Source: Mobula hypostoma | Taxonomy: Eukaryota | Assembly (NCBI RefSeq): GCF_963921235.1 | Contig: NC_086123.1 | Coordinates: 31,000,001 to 31,064,000, forward strand | Length of the DNA stretch: 64,000 bases | Direction: 5' to 3' | Shown here: piece by piece, positions 61,200 to 64,000 of the stretch | Numbering within the stretch: the first letter of the stretch is position 1 | Layout of the letters: the number at the start of each line of letters is the position of its first letter | Notes under the pieces: model-generated | The model's input: the letters and a program-made list of their open reading frames with translations, nothing else | Database searches by the model: none | What the model was told of the DNA's origin: nothing | Position numbers and translations under genes: made by a program

Positions 61200-63990
61200 T
61201 AGCACTGTCCAGACTCCACCTGTGGAGAGTTTGAACAATGGTTGCAAGAGGTTGACAGCACTGGCTTTCCAGGGCGGTTTAAGGCATGGATTTACCAGCA
61301 CGGTGTGCTACCAAGAATCCTCTGGCCACTGCTTCTCTAGGATTTTCCAGTTTCCACTGCTGCTGAATTAGAGAGGGTAGTCAGCCAGTTGCTGTGAAGA
61401 TGGCTGGGTTTACCGAGGAACATCAGCAGCATCGCTCTGTACAGGAATAACTGCAAACCGAGGCTCCCCCTGAAGTCCATCGAGGAGGAGTTCAAGGTTT
61501 GGTGAGCAAGAGAGGTGCTGCAGTTCCGGGAGTCTTCAGATCCAAAAAGGTTGCCGGAGCAGGAGTGGAAGTGAGAACTGGAAGAGAGCGGAGAGCAGAG
61601 GCTGCAGTGAGAGAAGCTGAGACGCGACTGAGCCACAAAGTGCCTGTGGGGGCAGTCGCCAAGGGAAGAGTTGGACTTGGAAGCCTTGAAGTCCCCCATT
61701 TTGACAAAGTACAAGGGCAGGAGTGACAAGAACTGGTCCGGAATGAAATAAGGGCAGCTGTCGAGGAGGAGAGGACCAGCAGAGCAGTGGCAATGAAACA
61801 GCAAAGAGCCTGGACCAAATGGGAGCAGGTGATCGAGCGAAAGATCACGTGGAACCATCTCTGGAAGGTGGATCCACACCACATCAAGTTCCTTATCCAG
61901 GCTGTTTATAGAGAACAAGGTGGATGATCTTAAAGGGAGACTCACCTAATGCAGAGAGATGCAGAACTGCTGTGTATTCTGTTTCACCAAGACCTGGCTC
62001 TCCCCGCCACTCCAGACTGTGCCATCCGACCGGAGGGATTTTCGATCCATCGGATGGACTGCACGGCGTCTTCAGGCAAGACGAAAGGAGGTGGTGTCTG
62101 CTTACTGATCAACACTGGGTGGTGCTCGGACACAGTGGCACGGACAAGCTCCTGCAGCCCAGACCTGGAACACCTGTCAGTGAAGTGTCGTCTCTACTAT
62201 CTGCCACGGGAATTCACCTCGGTCATACTGACAGCGGTCTACATTCCCCCCCCAGGCGGACGTGGAGTGTGCTCTGAACATACTGTATGCCAACATCAGT
62301 GAACTTGAGACCAGGTATCCGGAGGCTTTGCTCATTACAGCCGGGGACTTTAACCAGGGCAACCTCAGAAAGGCACTGCCAAAGTTATACCAACATGTCT
62401 GCTGCCCCACTAGAGGCCCCAATATACTTGACCACTGCTACACAGCAGTCAAGGATGCCTACCATTCCGTCCCACGACCTCACTTCGGAAAATCGGACCA
62501 TCAGGCCGTACTCCTCCTCCCAGCTTACAAACAGAAACTGAAGCGGGAGGTCACGGTGTCAAAAGTAGTGTCGCATTGGACGGAGGAAATGGATGAGGTC
62601 CTCCGTGACTGCTTTGAATCGGTGGACTGGTTAGTATTCAAGGATTCGTCAGCTAACCTCGATGAGTATGCCTCAGCTGTCACGGACTTTATTTGGAAAT
62701 GCACGGACACTGTGTGCCTCGCAAGACGATCCGGGTATTCCCCAACCGGAAACCTTGGATGAATTATGAGGTCAAGTCCCTTTTAAAGGCTAGAGCTGCG
62801 GCTTTTAGGTCCAGGGATACGAGTCGCTACACGGAATCCAGGCGTGAACTCTGGAAAGCCATTAAGGGTGCCAAGAGGCAATATCGAGCCTAGTTGGAAG
62901 CCCAGGCTTGCATTTGGGTCCATTCCCAACGTCCCCATTGTGAAACTTGAAGTCCCCCATTTTGACAAAGTGCAAGGGAAAGAGCGACGAGAACTGGTCC
63001 AGAATGAAGTAAGGGCAGCTGTGGAGGAGGAGAGGACCAGCAGAGCAGTGGCAATGAAACAGCAAGGAGCCTGGACCAAATAGGAGCAGGTGATCGAGCG
63101 AAAGATCACGTGGAACCATCTCTGGAAGGTGGATCCACACCACATCAAGTTCCTTATCCAGGCTGTTTATGACATCCATCCTAGCCCATCCAACCTGCAC
63201 TGCTGGGGCCTTGCAGAACCACCAGCTTGCCCCCTTTGTGAGAAGACCAGTACACTAGAGCACATTCTGAGCTGCTGCCCCAGAGCTCTTGCTGATGGCC
63301 GGTATCAGTGGCAGCATGACCAGGTCCTCCGGACAATTGCTAAAACATCTGCAGCACCCCTAACATCTGCCGGAAAAGAATACCACCTGCTTTGTCAAAG
63401 AGGGGGAAAATCGAACAGAACACCGGAAAGCAACCGGCTTGCTCTTCACTTCACAGTATTGGAAGCTAAAACCAGACCTGGGAAAACAGCTGCAGTTTCC
63501 ACCCCACGTCACAGAGACTACATTGCAGCCCGACATTGTGTCTGTGGTCCGACTCATTGAAGCATGTTTTTGCTTGAGCTTACTGTGCCATGGGAAGAAC
63601 GCATGGAGGAGGCCTACGAGCGGAAAAGAGCCAAGTATGAGGATCTGAAGAACAGCTGCCAAAGAAGAGGCTGGAGAGCAAAGTGCTGGCCCGCGGAGGT
63701 CGGGGGTCGTGGCTTTGCCGGCCAGTCACGCTCAAAGTGTACACTGCACTTGGAATCACGGGAGAGAGAAGGAGGAGAGCCACTTCTACCACCACAGATG
63801 CAGCAGAGGAAGCGTCAAGGTGGCTCTGGATAAAGAGGGCAGATCTGTGGGTTGCCGCTAGGGCACAGGCCGGGGTCTGATCAACCCCGGTTGGGTCACC
63901 TGGGCGAGGGTGTACGATGTTGAAAGACCCAAAACACCCGACGACCCCAGGTAACATCACCGATGATGTGCCCTAGCTTAGCATCATGCA
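61200..63990 (+). mobile_element. HERO-type (R2-like, restriction-like endonuclease) non-LTR retrotransposon 3' portion, degenerate and interrupted
   Basis: GRFKAWIYQHGVLPRILWPLL; CPLC...LEHILSCC; RY.W.HDQVL; PDIV; LLELTVPWEE; EVG.RGF. Confidence 0.8.
61910..62906 (+). mobile_element. Internal APE-endonuclease fragment of a Rex1/Babar-type LINE embedded in the HERO element
   Basis: GGGVCLLIN..WC, YLPREFTSVILTAVYIPP, AGDFN, LDHCY, FGKSDH. Confidence 0.8.
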
Positions 63991-64000
63991 GATGTTTCTG

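Overview
Vertebrate genomic DNA, most likely from a cartilaginous fish such as a ray. This is inferred from the CR1, Rex/Babar, Penelope and HERO repeat landscape and from an OAS-family gene sitting beside fish-type ISG15. It is an interferon-stimulated gene cluster. Left half: a tandem array of three intact ISG15-like di-ubiquitin genes on the minus strand (155 aa, ending LRLRGG-stop, CDS in one exon, ISRE + kB-like promoters), plus the promoter remnant of a fourth copy at the left edge. Head-to-head with the array is a six-exon OASL gene on the plus strand, spliced by hand to 1500 nt / 499 aa. It has an intact catalytic Asp triad and two C-terminal UBLs ending LRVRGG-SEI. Most notable: OASL and ISG15 are neighbours, and their tandem-UBL exons have identical geometry (splice acceptor exactly 12 nt before the first UBL codon), suggesting OASL arose by capturing an ISG15-type exon. 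The rest is transposon-derived: CR1 LINEs (one with an uninterrupted 942-aa ORF2), solo LTRs with TSDs, Tc1 and Harbinger MITEs, a Penelope-end palindrome carrying a hammerhead ribozyme, a chimeric HERO element, and a 1.05-kb tandem duplication carrying perfect ISREs. All calls were made by eye, with no database searches.
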